From positions 1 to 43,489 of the forward strand of contig JBEBJC010000001.1 in the NCBI GenBank assembly GCA_040080105.1: a DNA stretch of 43,489 nucleotides, given 5' to 3'. Made by a program: the position numbers and the translations under genes. This DNA is from Myxococcota bacterium (lineage in GTDB: Bacteria; Myxococcota_A; UBA796; GCA-2862545). Of this stretch, positions 10,135 to 21,162 are shown piece after piece. Position 1 is the stretch's first letter. Each line of letters starts with the position of its first letter. The notes beneath the pieces are model-generated. The model searched no databases. It had not been told where the DNA came from and saw nothing but the letters and a program-made list of their open reading frames with translations.

Positions 10135-10838
10135 ACGAGGTGATCCTGGTCCCGCACGACCTCACCCCGTTCAGCGACGCGGGGCTCGCGCGGGCGGGCA
10201 GCGTCCGCGCGGGCGGGCACCTGCACGTGGTGCACGTGTTGCCGCGCCTCGACCTGTCCCACCCCACGGTCGTCTGGCCCGCCGACGAGGACGAACCTCG
10301 GCGAAAGCACGCGCTCGGCGCGCTGGCGGAGCGGCTGGCGGCGTCGGGGGTGGACCTGCCGGACGTGGTCCTGCACGTCTCGATCGGCGACCCCGGGACC
10401 CGGGTGGTGGAGCTCGCGCGCGAGCTCGGCGCGACCCTGATCGTGATGCCGACCCACGGCCGGCGCGGGATCGAGCGGATGTTGGTCGGCTCGGTCGCCG
10501 AGCACGTGGTCCGGTTCGCGCCGTGCCCGGTGCTGGTGTTGCCCCGCGGCGCCACGTCGGCGCCCAGCGCCGAGCCGCCCCCGGGGCGCGCGGCGCCGAG
10601 AGAGGACCAGGCGGACGATCTCGCGGTGGCCCTCGAGGGGGAGCTGCGCGGGCGCGCCGGGTTCCTGACCGCCGCGCGGATCGCGATCCCGGTCGGCGAG
10701 GACCCGGTGTGGTGGGAGGACGCGCTGGAGCGGCGCCTGATGGACCGCGGGATCGAGTTCGTCGACCTCGTGTTCGCGGAGGCGCCGGTGCCTGCGGCCA
10801 AGGTGTTGTCGACCCGGTTCGAGGAGCGGTTCGTGTAG
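10131..10838 (+). CDS. Universal stress protein with about 90-aa C-terminal extension of unknown function
   Basis: ATG overlaps the cytochrome stop (ATGA). USP motif HGRRGIERMLVGSVAEHV. Residues from about 146 to 235 match no domain I recognise. Confidence 0.8.
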   Translation: MNEVILVPHDLTPFSDAGLARAGSVRAGGHLHVVHVLPRLDLSHPTVVWPADEDEPRRKHALGALAERLAASGVDLPDVVLHVSIGDPGTRVVELARELGATLIVMPTHGRRGIERMLVGSVAEHVVRFAPCPVLVLPRGATSAPSAEPPPGRAAPREDQADDLAVALEGELRGRAGFLTAARIAIPVGEDPVWWEDALERRLMDRGIEFVDLVFAEAPVPAAKVLSTRFEERFV

Positions 10839-10853
10839 GAGCCTGCGAGCGGC

Positions 10854-12254
<1,401 letters not shown>

Positions 12255-12322
12255 CGTCGCGGGCCGCTTCGGAGGCGGCCCTTCACCTGTTCCTTAGGCA
12301 CGCCCGACGATAGGGGTAGCGG

Positions 12323-12781
12323 ATGCGAAGCTCATCCTATTGGGTCTCGGGCCTGGCGGCCCTCGTGGCGTGCGGAAGATCGGAGGGAGACGACGCCCCA
12401 CCGGTCGAAGCGTACGCGTGCCTGCACATCGCCGAGGGCACGATCCTCGACGTGGCGGACTCGCGCGAGGAGGCCGACACGATCGCGGTCGGCCGGGACC
12501 CGTACCGGGTCAACGTGATGCCGGGGGTCGCCGGGTACGTCCGGTTCGAGACCGACGCGCCGTCCGACCTCGTCCTGTTGCTCGACTTCGCCGGCGCGGT
12601 CCCCGCCGTGTGGAGCGGCGAGGATCGGGTCGAGATCACGCCCGGCGAGCCGAACCCGAACTGCGACGTCGACCTGCTGGAGGTCGACTACCTGTCGGTG
12701 CCTGCGGGGGAGCACTGGCTCGAGATCGGCCCGGTGTACCAGGGGAACGTGTGGCTGATGCTCGCGCCCGCCGGCGGGTGA
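12323..12781 (+). CDS. Hypothetical lipoprotein
   Basis: Lipobox LVAC at residues 14-17. The amino-acid composition looks natural. No recognisable domain. Confidence 0.55.
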   Translation: MRSSSYWVSGLAALVACGRSEGDDAPPVEAYACLHIAEGTILDVADSREEADTIAVGRDPYRVNVMPGVAGYVRFETDAPSDLVLLLDFAGAVPAVWSGEDRVEITPGEPNPNCDVDLLEVDYLSVPAGEHWLEIGPVYQGNVWLMLAPAGG

Positions 12782-12788
12782 ACGTCGG

Positions 12789-13808
12789 TCAGCGCGCCGA
12801 CGAGGTGACCACCGGCGACGGCGCGCCCGGCTGCACGGTGTAGGTCGCGCTGACCGCGCTCCCACGCGGCGGGATCGCGTCGCCGTGGAACTCGAGGTAC
12901 CAGCTCGGCTCGTCGTAGGTCCAGCCGTTCACCGGGTCGCCCGGCACCTTCTCGTCGTCGACGTACACCTCGAGGGTGTCCGGCTGCGCGGCGTAGCTCA
13001 GCTGGAACTGGGTGCGGATCCCGGTCGCGTTCAGCCCGAGATCACCGAGCATCTGGCTCCAGTCCGACTGGCAGATGTCGCCTACGAGCCCGCCGGTCAG
13101 GCCCGCCGCCTGCACGTACCGGTTGCCGGTGTACACGTCGGGGCAGGTCGAGCGCGAGGTGCCGACGATCGCCGCGACCTGCACCGCCCCGCGGTCCCCT
13201 GGCTTCAGGTCGCGCAGCGCGTCCACGAACCCGTCGACCGGGGGCAGCTCGTCCATCTGCTGGTAGCACGCCTCCGGCGGCTGCCCCTCGAGCGCCCCCT
13301 CGTCCGAGCAGTCTTCCTCGTCCGACACGAACACGGTGAGCAGCTGGGCGTCCTTGCGCACGAACCCGTCGTTCGGGGCGCCGGGGAGGTTCAGCGTCGG
13401 CTGGAGCGCCCACACCGCGGCCTCGAGGCCCTTCTCCTTGTCCTCGCCGCCGATGCCCACCAGCGCCCGCTCCGGGAACAACGCCTGGTAGTCGTCGGCC
13501 GGGGTCAGGAACGGGGGGTCGCCCCGCAGGCTCGCCCGCGCCGGGTCGGCGTAGTCGAACGAGGTGGTGATCACGCCCAGGTGGAAGTCCGTGCCCGACG
13601 TGTCGACCTCGCTCGCGAACGACGCGAACCCGTTGACCAACACGTTCTGCTCCTCGGTCATCGAGGCCGAGTCGTCGATCACCCACAAAATGTCGACCAG
13701 GTTGGTCGGCGCCTGGGCCCACACGTCGGTCTTCACCTGCTCGAACAGGTTGCGTTCGCTCGGACAACCCGCGAGGGTCAGCAGTATCGTGATCGCGTAG
13801 CGGTTCAT
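12789..13808 (-). CDS. Lipoprotein with von Willebrand factor A (VWA)-like domain
   Basis: Lipobox LAGC. MIDAS-like DxSxS (VIDDSASM), then downstream GVITT and VFVSDEED elements. GGAG RBS. Confidence 0.7.
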   Translation of the reverse strand: MNRYAITILLTLAGCPSERNLFEQVKTDVWAQAPTNLVDILWVIDDSASMTEEQNVLVNGFASFASEVDTSGTDFHLGVITTSFDYADPARASLRGDPPFLTPADDYQALFPERALVGIGGEDKEKGLEAAVWALQPTLNLPGAPNDGFVRKDAQLLTVFVSDEEDCSDEGALEGQPPEACYQQMDELPPVDGFVDALRDLKPGDRGAVQVAAIVGTSRSTCPDVYTGNRYVQAAGLTGGLVGDICQSDWSQMLGDLGLNATGIRTQFQLSYAAQPDTLEVYVDDEKVPGDPVNGWTYDEPSWYLEFHGDAIPPRGSAVSATYTVQPGAPSPVVTSSAR

Positions 13809-13887
13809 GGTTCGTGCTCCGGGCGCCGATCTTACTCCCCCTTGACGAGGCCCGCGACACGCGCGAGTTTCACTCCTCGGAGGCCCG

Positions 13888-14697
13888 GTGCAGTTCTACG
13901 TCGCCCTGCTCACGCCGTTCGACACCCGCGGCCGGGTCGATCTCGCGCGGCTGCGGGCCCACGTGCTGTGGCTGGCGGCGCAGGGGGTGGACGGGTTCGT
14001 GCCCACCGGCACGACCGGCGAGTTCCTGTACCTGTCCGACCGGGAGCGCGAGGCGATCCACCGCACCGTACTCGACGCCGCCCGCGGCCGGCCGGTGTAC
14101 CCGTGCACCTGGGATCCGTCCCAGGCCACCACCTCGTTCCTCACCGAGGCCGCGCGCGACCAGGGTGCGGCCGGGGTGCTCCTGCCCCCGCCCGTGTACT
14201 ACGAGGTCGACGACCGGGTCGCGCGGGCCTGGTACGAGACCACCGCCGACAAGAACATCGCGGTGCTCGCCTACCACCACCCGCGCCACCTGAAGACCCG
14301 CATCTCCCCTTCTCTGTACGACGACCTCCGCGCCTCGGGCCTGGTGTCGGGGCTGATGGACTGCTCGGAGGATCCGCACCGGCTGCGGCGAATGGCCGCA
14401 CCCGACCCCGGGACGGTGTTCGCCGGCGGCGACCGGTTGATCGCGCAGGCGCCGAAGATCGCGGACCTGGGCGCGTTCGTGTCGTCGATCGCGAACGTGT
14501 GGCCGAGCTTCTGCATGCGCCTGTTCCGGTCGGGAGAGAGCCAGCTCGAGGACGCGCTGATCGACCGGGTAAACCGGATCCGGGGCGCGGGAGGGCTGCG
14601 CGCGTTGAAGGCGTTGCTCCGCATGGGTTGCCGATCCCCGCTGATCGAGCCGCTGGACGCGGAGCTGATCGGGCTGCCCCCGGCCGAGGGCCCGTAG
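13888..14697 (+). CDS. DHDPS/N-acetylneuraminate-lyase family (DapA-like) protein, apparently lacking the Schiff-base lysine
   Basis: GTG start with GGAGG. Family motifs TGTTGE, PPPVYY and AYHHP (equivalent to LYNVP) are present. The position aligned by eye to GIKEA reads GLMDC (Met codon 14356-14358). Confidence 0.8.
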   Translation: MQFYVALLTPFDTRGRVDLARLRAHVLWLAAQGVDGFVPTGTTGEFLYLSDREREAIHRTVLDAARGRPVYPCTWDPSQATTSFLTEAARDQGAAGVLLPPPVYYEVDDRVARAWYETTADKNIAVLAYHHPRHLKTRISPSLYDDLRASGLVSGLMDCSEDPHRLRRMAAPDPGTVFAGGDRLIAQAPKIADLGAFVSSIANVWPSFCMRLFRSGESQLEDALIDRVNRIRGAGGLRALKALLRMGCRSPLIEPLDAELIGLPPAEGP

Positions 14698-14727
14698 GCG
14701 CGATACCGAGGGGCGCGGGAGGTCGAC

Positions 14728-15072
14728 GTGCTCGCGTTCTTGTGGCTCGCAGCGGCGGGGTGTGGCCGCCCGGAGGGGATCGCGGTGACCGACCGCGAGG
14801 TGACCGCAGGGTGCGGCACCTGTGTGCTGCACCGCCCCGAGTCCAAGGGCTGCTACTGGGCGGTCGAGATCGACGGCGTCGCGTACCCGGTGGGCGGCGA
14901 GCACCCGCCCGACGACATGGTCACCGCACACGAGCCCGGCGGGATGTGCGCTCAGCCGCGCGCGGCGGTGGTCAGCGGCGAGATCCGGCCGGACGGACGG
15001 TTCCTGGCCACGAAGTTCGAGCTCGTCCCGCTCGAAGGGGACGCGGCCGCCGCGCCGGACCACGCGCACTGA
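14728..15072 (+). CDS. Small four-Cys lipoprotein (resembles the DUF6370-type pattern)
   Basis: GGGAGG RBS and lipobox AAGC. Pattern CGTC...GCYWAVEIDGVAYPV...AHEPGGMC...VSGEI..DGRF.A.KFEL. The DUF assignment is from memory only. Confidence 0.6.
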   Translation: MLAFLWLAAAGCGRPEGIAVTDREVTAGCGTCVLHRPESKGCYWAVEIDGVAYPVGGEHPPDDMVTAHEPGGMCAQPRAAVVSGEIRPDGRFLATKFELVPLEGDAAAAPDHAH

Positions 15073-15088
15073 CCCCGGCCGGGGAACC

Positions 15089-15856
15089 TCAGTGCACCGC
15101 GGTCCAGTGGTACGTCACCCCGTCCGGCGCCTCCACCTCGCCGGTGGCCCGGTGACCGAGCACGTTCGCGCGGAACGCGTACGAGCCACCGCTGAACGCG
15201 ACGTCGCTGCCGGTGGTGGTGCCGGTGACGACCAAGCTGGTGAACGTGCCATCGGCGAGCTGGAGCTCGACCGTCCCTTCGAACCTGTCGCCGGACTGCC
15301 CGAGCACCGTCATCTTGAACGACTTGCCCCCGCTGATCGAGCCGACCCATAGCCCGCGGAGGTGGAGGGGCCCGTTCGGCGGGTCCAGCGGCGCCCGCGG
15401 GCCCACTGGCTCCGGCGCGATCTTCGGGCCCTCCCCCAGCACCGCCACCACCGCCGGGTCTCGACTGAAGTTGCGCTGGAGCTTGTTCTTGGCGGTGAGC
15501 TGCTCTTTGCGGTCGCCGCTGCGCAGTTGGAACAACAGCCGATCGCGCTCCGCTTCCCGCGCGATCCGCTCGGCCTCGGCCGCCTCGAGCATCGCCGGGG
15601 CGGGCGGCGGTGGCTCGGGCGGCAGGACCGGCGGGGCCGGGACGAGCGACGCCGGCCGGCGCGGCGGCTCGATCTGCACCAACGGCCACGCGGCGAGTGC
15701 CAGCACCGCCGCCGCGGCGAGCAGGATCCACCCGACGGACAACGATCGCCGCGGCCGCCGCTCCGCCTGGCGCAGCCACCGCCCGAGCGCCTCCGGCGAG
15801 GGTTCGAGCCCCTCGTACGCCTCGCGCACCAGCCCGTCGACGCGTTCGTCGGTCAT
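15089..15856 (-). CDS. Anti-sigma factor (single-pass membrane protein, non-ZAS) with Pro-rich linker and C-terminal beta-rich domain
   Basis: ATG overlaps the ECF sigma stop (ATGA). It has a short cytoplasmic N-domain, the TM segment VGWILLAAAAVLALAAWPLV, a PPxP-rich linker and an unknown extracytoplasmic domain. The ORF-track version 15089..16834 is over-extended. Confidence 0.65.
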   Translation of the reverse strand: MTDERVDGLVREAYEGLEPSPEALGRWLRQAERRPRRSLSVGWILLAAAAVLALAAWPLVQIEPPRRPASLVPAPPVLPPEPPPPAPAMLEAAEAERIAREAERDRLLFQLRSGDRKEQLTAKNKLQRNFSRDPAVVAVLGEGPKIAPEPVGPRAPLDPPNGPLHLRGLWVGSISGGKSFKMTVLGQSGDRFEGTVELQLADGTFTSLVVTGTTTGSDVAFSGGSYAFRANVLGHRATGEVEAPDGVTYHWTAVH

Positions 15857-16311
15857 CGCGCCACCTCCCGCTCGTCCATCCCCAGCAGCTCGCGCAGGCG
15901 GACCCGCCCGCGGTGGATCAACGACAACACCGTCCCTCGCGGCTGCCCGGTGCGGTCCGACACCTCCTGCGCGGTGTACCCCTCGACCGCGCACAGGAAC
16001 AGCGCCTCGCGCTCCTCCAGCCGCAGGCGCCCCAGCGCGGCGAGCAACTCGGGCGCTTCGCCGGTGGTCGGCGCCCCGCCGGGTACGGGCTCGGACAGCG
16101 CCTCGAACCGCACGACCCTCCCCCGCCGCACCACGTCGATCCACGCGTTGCGCACGGTGCGGAACAGGTACGGGCCGGTGCGGGGGCCGTTCGACTCGAG
16201 CACCGACGACCACGCGTCCTGCACCAGGTCCTCGGCGACCACCGGGTCGCCGGTCAGCGCCACCGCGTAGCGGTACGCCCGTCGCAGCAGCTGTTCGAGA
16301 GGCTCGTCCAT
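15853..16311 (-). CDS. ECF (group IV) RNA polymerase sigma-70 factor
   Basis: GGAGGGAGG RBS. Region 2 (AEDLVQDAW) and region 4 (EREALFLCAVEGYTAQEVSDRTGQPRGTVLSLIHRGRVRLRE) are present. 152 aa. Confidence 0.9.
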   Translation of the reverse strand: MDEPLEQLLRRAYRYAVALTGDPVVAEDLVQDAWSSVLESNGPRTGPYLFRTVRNAWIDVVRRGRVVRFEALSEPVPGGAPTTGEAPELLAALGRLRLEEREALFLCAVEGYTAQEVSDRTGQPRGTVLSLIHRGRVRLRELLGMDEREVAR

Positions 16312-16345
16312 CCTCCCTCCGACCCCACGACGAACGGGCCGCCCC

Positions 16346-16371
16346 GTTGATTGCGGCGGTCAGAAAGTTCC
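16346..16371 (-). promoter_or_regulatory. Candidate ECF-type promoter upstream of the ECF sigma gene
   Basis: The minus strand reads GGAACTT-N14-TCAAC about 35 nt upstream of the sigma start. The GGAACTT overlaps the last codons (GTF*) of the upstream barrel gene. The spacer is shorter than the classic RpoE-type spacing. Confidence 0.3.
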
Positions 16372-18048
16372 GACCGCCGACACCCGCGCCCCTTCGAACC
16401 CCGGCAGCTGCCGGCACTGGCCGCCGCTGCACCGGATGCCCGCCTTCTGCGACCCGTAGAACGCCTTCAGCGTCCACGCCGAGGTCGGCTTGAACTGCAG
16501 CTCCCCCGCCAGGTACAGCTGCTCGCCGACGTTTCCGGTCGTGTTCACCAGCGGGTTGGTGGTGTAGTCCACGAACGCGGTGCCGGACCACACGTGGCGC
16601 CAGGTCAGGGTGGTCCCGGTCTCCGACTCGACGTAGTCGGACTGCTGCAGCGGGTTCACCCCCCACTGGTACCGCTCGGCGGCGATCGCGATCGACGCGT
16701 CGAGCTCTGCCGGCAGCGGGAGGTTCAGCGTCAGGTCGACGTGGGCCTGCCGGTCGGTCCCGGCGGTGTCCCCGTCGCGGTCGTCGAGGCGGTACCCGCC
16801 GTTGAGCAGCACCGCGTAGCCGCCGTCGATCCACTCGACCCCGGCCAGCGGGTGCACGATGGTCTCGGGGGTGTCGTTGAAGTGCAGCCCGGACAGGTCG
16901 AGGTCGCGGAACGCGGCCAGCGACACGTACGGCACGAGCTTGCCCGGGACCGCGGCCCAGTCGACCTGGACCTTGCCGCCGTACACGTCGTTCGAGTTCA
17001 ACGCGGCGCTGCTGTCTTCGGTGACCACCCGCTCGTACTCGAGGGTCGGCGCGACCGCGACCTCGTACTGCTCGGACGACAGCGTCGCGTTCACCCGCTC
17101 GGCCTGGTAGTACCGCTTGCCCTCGACCAACACCACGAACGGCCCGGGGTAGGCGCTCGCCGAAGCGTACACCGCGTGCCCGAGGTCACCCACGTCGGGC
17201 CCGAGCGGCGACGGCTGGTTCGGCCCGTACCCGTACAGGTCGGCCTCCAGGTACCCGTCGATCCCGCCCACGCCGATCACCTCCGCGGTGACCCCACCGA
17301 CCACCGCGTCGAACGGCTCCAGCTGCTGAAAGCCAGCCGCGAAGCCAGCCTCGTCGACAAAGTCGAACCCGACCACGTGCGCGCCGAGGTTCGCCGGGCC
17401 CAGCCCGAACCGCTCCGCTCGGAACCCGGTCACGAAGTGGCGCAGATCCCCCCGGAGGTCGCGGTTCGGGTTGTCCTGCCACACCTGCTGCCGGTTCGCC
17501 TGGCCGACCACCAGGGACAGGTCCCACGCGCCCGGCCGGAACACCGCCTTCGCGCCTTGGATCGAGCTGTCGATGTCGATGTCGACGTTGCGGTTCATGT
17601 TCAGCGCGGCGCCGCGGCCGAACGCGACGTAGCTGTCGCCGAGCGTCAGCAGGCCCCACTGATCCTCGAGCGTCGCCCGCACCTTCTCGAGGTTCAGGTA
17701 CGCGGTGTCGGCCGCCCGGCCGGGGAACACGTTCGGCAAGCCCTCGGCGGTGAGGTCGCGCTCCAGGAACAGCTCGTCGTTGAGCCAGTACCGGTCGAGC
17801 CACAGGGTGACCTGGTCGACCTGCGCGGCGAACGCCCACTTGCCGGCGGTCGCGTTCATGTTGAGCCGGTTGACCTGCTCCACGTAGTCGAACACCGCTA
17901 CGTCGGCGGGGTCGGGCAGCCGCTGATCGAGGGTCCAGTAGCGGAGCTCGAAGTCCTCCGCGAACGACACGCTGGACCCGGCGGGTTCAGCGGGCTGTTG
18001 CCCCCACGCGCTCCCGATCGCCCCGAGCAAGACCCACGTCACGCCCAC
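16360..18048 (-). CDS. Outer-membrane beta-barrel protein (DUF6029-like)
   Basis: Signal-like N-terminus, alternating beta-strand-type sequence, and a C-terminal ...IRCSGGQCRQLPGFEGARVSAVGTF ending in Phe (OMP beta-signal). The DUF6029 resemblance is from memory of the C-terminal CxGGxCRxxP motif. Confidence 0.7.
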   Translation of the reverse strand: MGVTWVLLGAIGSAWGQQPAEPAGSSVSFAEDFELRYWTLDQRLPDPADVAVFDYVEQVNRLNMNATAGKWAFAAQVDQVTLWLDRYWLNDELFLERDLTAEGLPNVFPGRAADTAYLNLEKVRATLEDQWGLLTLGDSYVAFGRGAALNMNRNVDIDIDSSIQGAKAVFRPGAWDLSLVVGQANRQQVWQDNPNRDLRGDLRHFVTGFRAERFGLGPANLGAHVVGFDFVDEAGFAAGFQQLEPFDAVVGGVTAEVIGVGGIDGYLEADLYGYGPNQPSPLGPDVGDLGHAVYASASAYPGPFVVLVEGKRYYQAERVNATLSSEQYEVAVAPTLEYERVVTEDSSAALNSNDVYGGKVQVDWAAVPGKLVPYVSLAAFRDLDLSGLHFNDTPETIVHPLAGVEWIDGGYAVLLNGGYRLDDRDGDTAGTDRQAHVDLTLNLPLPAELDASIAIAAERYQWGVNPLQQSDYVESETGTTLTWRHVWSGTAFVDYTTNPLVNTTGNVGEQLYLAGELQFKPTSAWTLKAFYGSQKAGIRCSGGQCRQLPGFEGARVSAVGTF

Positions 18049-18136
18049 CTCTCGCCCCGCCCCGGACCGCGGCGGTACCGAGGCACCCTACCCCGTTCGC
18101 GCGCCGAGGCACCGGGGCCGGCGGGTCAAGCGGCGG

Positions 18137-18616
18137 TCAGCTGCCGAGCAGCGTGGTCAGCAGCGCCTTCAGCTCGGTCTCCTCGCCCGGGTTGTACCCG
18201 CTGGTGCGCTTCACGACCTCGCCGTTGCGGTCGATCACCACGGTGTACGGCACGGTCTTGCTCGGGTTGTACGCGCCGATCACGGTGGACTCCCGGTCGA
18301 GCAGCACCGGGAACGAGTACCCCATCTTCATCACGAACGGCTTGACCTTCGACGCCGAGCGCGCGTCGTCGATCGAGATCGACAGCACCACCAGGCCCTT
18401 GTCGGCCATCTCCGCGTACATCGACTGGAGGTGCGGCATCTCCTCCTTGCACGGACCACACCAGGTGGCCCAGAACGACAGCACCACCACCTTGCCCTTC
18501 AACCCCGACAGCGTGGTCTCCGCGCCGTTCACGTCGCGCAGGGTGAAGTCGGACGCCGGATCGGCGGCCCACGCAGGACCGGCCAGGAACAACAGGGTGG
18601 TCAACCACGCGCGCAT
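18137..18616 (-). CDS. TlpA/ResA-type periplasmic thiol-disulfide oxidoreductase
   Basis: Start chosen at MRAWLTTLLFLAGPAWA (GGAG RBS) rather than 18658. Thioredoxin-fold motif FWATWCGPCKEEMP. Confidence 0.9.
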   Translation of the reverse strand: MRAWLTTLLFLAGPAWAADPASDFTLRDVNGAETTLSGLKGKVVVLSFWATWCGPCKEEMPHLQSMYAEMADKGLVVLSISIDDARSASKVKPFVMKMGYSFPVLLDRESTVIGAYNPSKTVPYTVVIDRNGEVVKRTSGYNPGEETELKALLTTLLGS

Positions 18617-18699
18617 GGAGTCTCCAGGGTGCTCGTCGGTCCAACCCGCGGCGGCCACGGGTTCGTCCCCGCGCCCACCTCGGGCTACAACAGCGCAAC

Positions 18700-20055
<1,356 letters not shown>

Positions 20056-20100
20056 CGCCGGCCGGCCGCCACCGTACCGTGGGCCGCGTGTGGAGGCGCG

Positions 20101-21162
20101 GTGGTCGGGCTGTGGTTCGTGGCGGCGCAGGCCGCGGAGGTGACCGAGCTCGCGCCGGACCTCGGTCTCCGGCTCGGGCTCGCGTACGCCGGGTCGTCGC
20201 TCACCGGCGGGCTGGTCGAGGGCGGCACGCTGGTGGGGCGCCGCCGGGTCGCTCGCCACGATCTCGACCTCGCGCTGGAGGTCGCGCCCACCAACGGGTT
20301 CGCGGTCACGCTCGGGCTCGAGACCACGCCGTCGTACGTGTTCACGTTCCCCGAGTCCCGCGCGATGGTCGTCGAGCCCCTCACCGGCTCCGGCTCGTAC
20401 CTCACCGGCGCCCCGGTCGACGCGGCCCCGTCGGTGCGCGCCGGCGGGGTGGAGGGCGTGTGGATCGGGGTCGCCGGCGCGCCGTTCGCCGAGCGCGACG
20501 CGCCCCACCACCAGGCGACCTCGCGGCTCGAGCTCGCGTTCCGCACCCCGAGCAAGGGGCGGAACCTGTGGACCGCGAACGACGAGGGAAAGCGCGGCCC
20601 GTCGTCCGGCGGGTCGGCGTTCAAGCTCGGGGCGGCGTTCTCGACCGAGCGCGGGGCGGGCGAGCCGTGGCTCCGGGCGGAGTGGCTCCACGAGAGCAAG
20701 GTCGTGGTCGACGTGATCGACGAGAGCGGCCAGGTGTGGGCGCGCGAGCTCCCGCTCGACCCGGCGAGCACGTTCCTCACCGAGGCCGGCATCGAGCTCC
20801 TCGCCGCGCGCACCGGGGGCGAGCCCGAGGACGGGCCCGAGTCGAAGACCACGGTGAACCTGTGGCTGGGGGCCGGGTACCGCACCTGGGGCGACGTGGC
20901 GAGCGGCGTGTACCTGCCGAACGTGCTCGACGGCTCCCGCGCGATCCCGGTCACCACCGGCGACACCGTGCTCGGGCGGGTCGGGGTCGGGGTCGGCAGC
21001 GAGCTCGAACAGCTGCTCGCGGTGCGCGCCGCGCTGACGTTCGACTACGCGGTGCCGTACGTGCTGGAGCACGTGTACCCGGTGACCACGTCTGCCGACA
21101 CGTTCCAGGTCGGGTGGTCGCTCACGGTGACCGGCAAGGGCTCGTTCGCCCCTGAGGGTTAG
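20101..21162 (+). CDS. Hypothetical secreted / possible outer-membrane protein
   Basis: The first possible start is GTG at 20101, after an in-frame stop at 20053-20055. Short signal-like N-terminus, natural composition, amphipathic beta-like stretches. No domain recognised. Confidence 0.5.
   Translation: MVGLWFVAAQAAEVTELAPDLGLRLGLAYAGSSLTGGLVEGGTLVGRRRVARHDLDLALEVAPTNGFAVTLGLETTPSYVFTFPESRAMVVEPLTGSGSYLTGAPVDAAPSVRAGGVEGVWIGVAGAPFAERDAPHHQATSRLELAFRTPSKGRNLWTANDEGKRGPSSGGSAFKLGAAFSTERGAGEPWLRAEWLHESKVVVDVIDESGQVWARELPLDPASTFLTEAGIELLAARTGGEPEDGPESKTTVNLWLGAGYRTWGDVASGVYLPNVLDGSRAIPVTTGDTVLGRVGVGVGSELEQLLAVRAALTFDYAVPYVLEHVYPVTTSADTFQVGWSLTVTGKGSFAPEG

Noticed and set aside
18078-18113. Direct 10-mer repeat CCGAGGCACC x2 (26-nt period) between tlpA and the barrel gene
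   Set aside because: The repeat is too short for significance in GC-rich DNA, and I recognise no matching binding motif. It might merit a look only if conserved.
18617-18699. Sigma70-like TTCGTC-N18-TACAAC upstream of the second NtrC gene, implying a near-leaderless mRNA
   Set aside because: The hexamers are weak, the region has no SD sequence, and nothing else in the sequence supports it.
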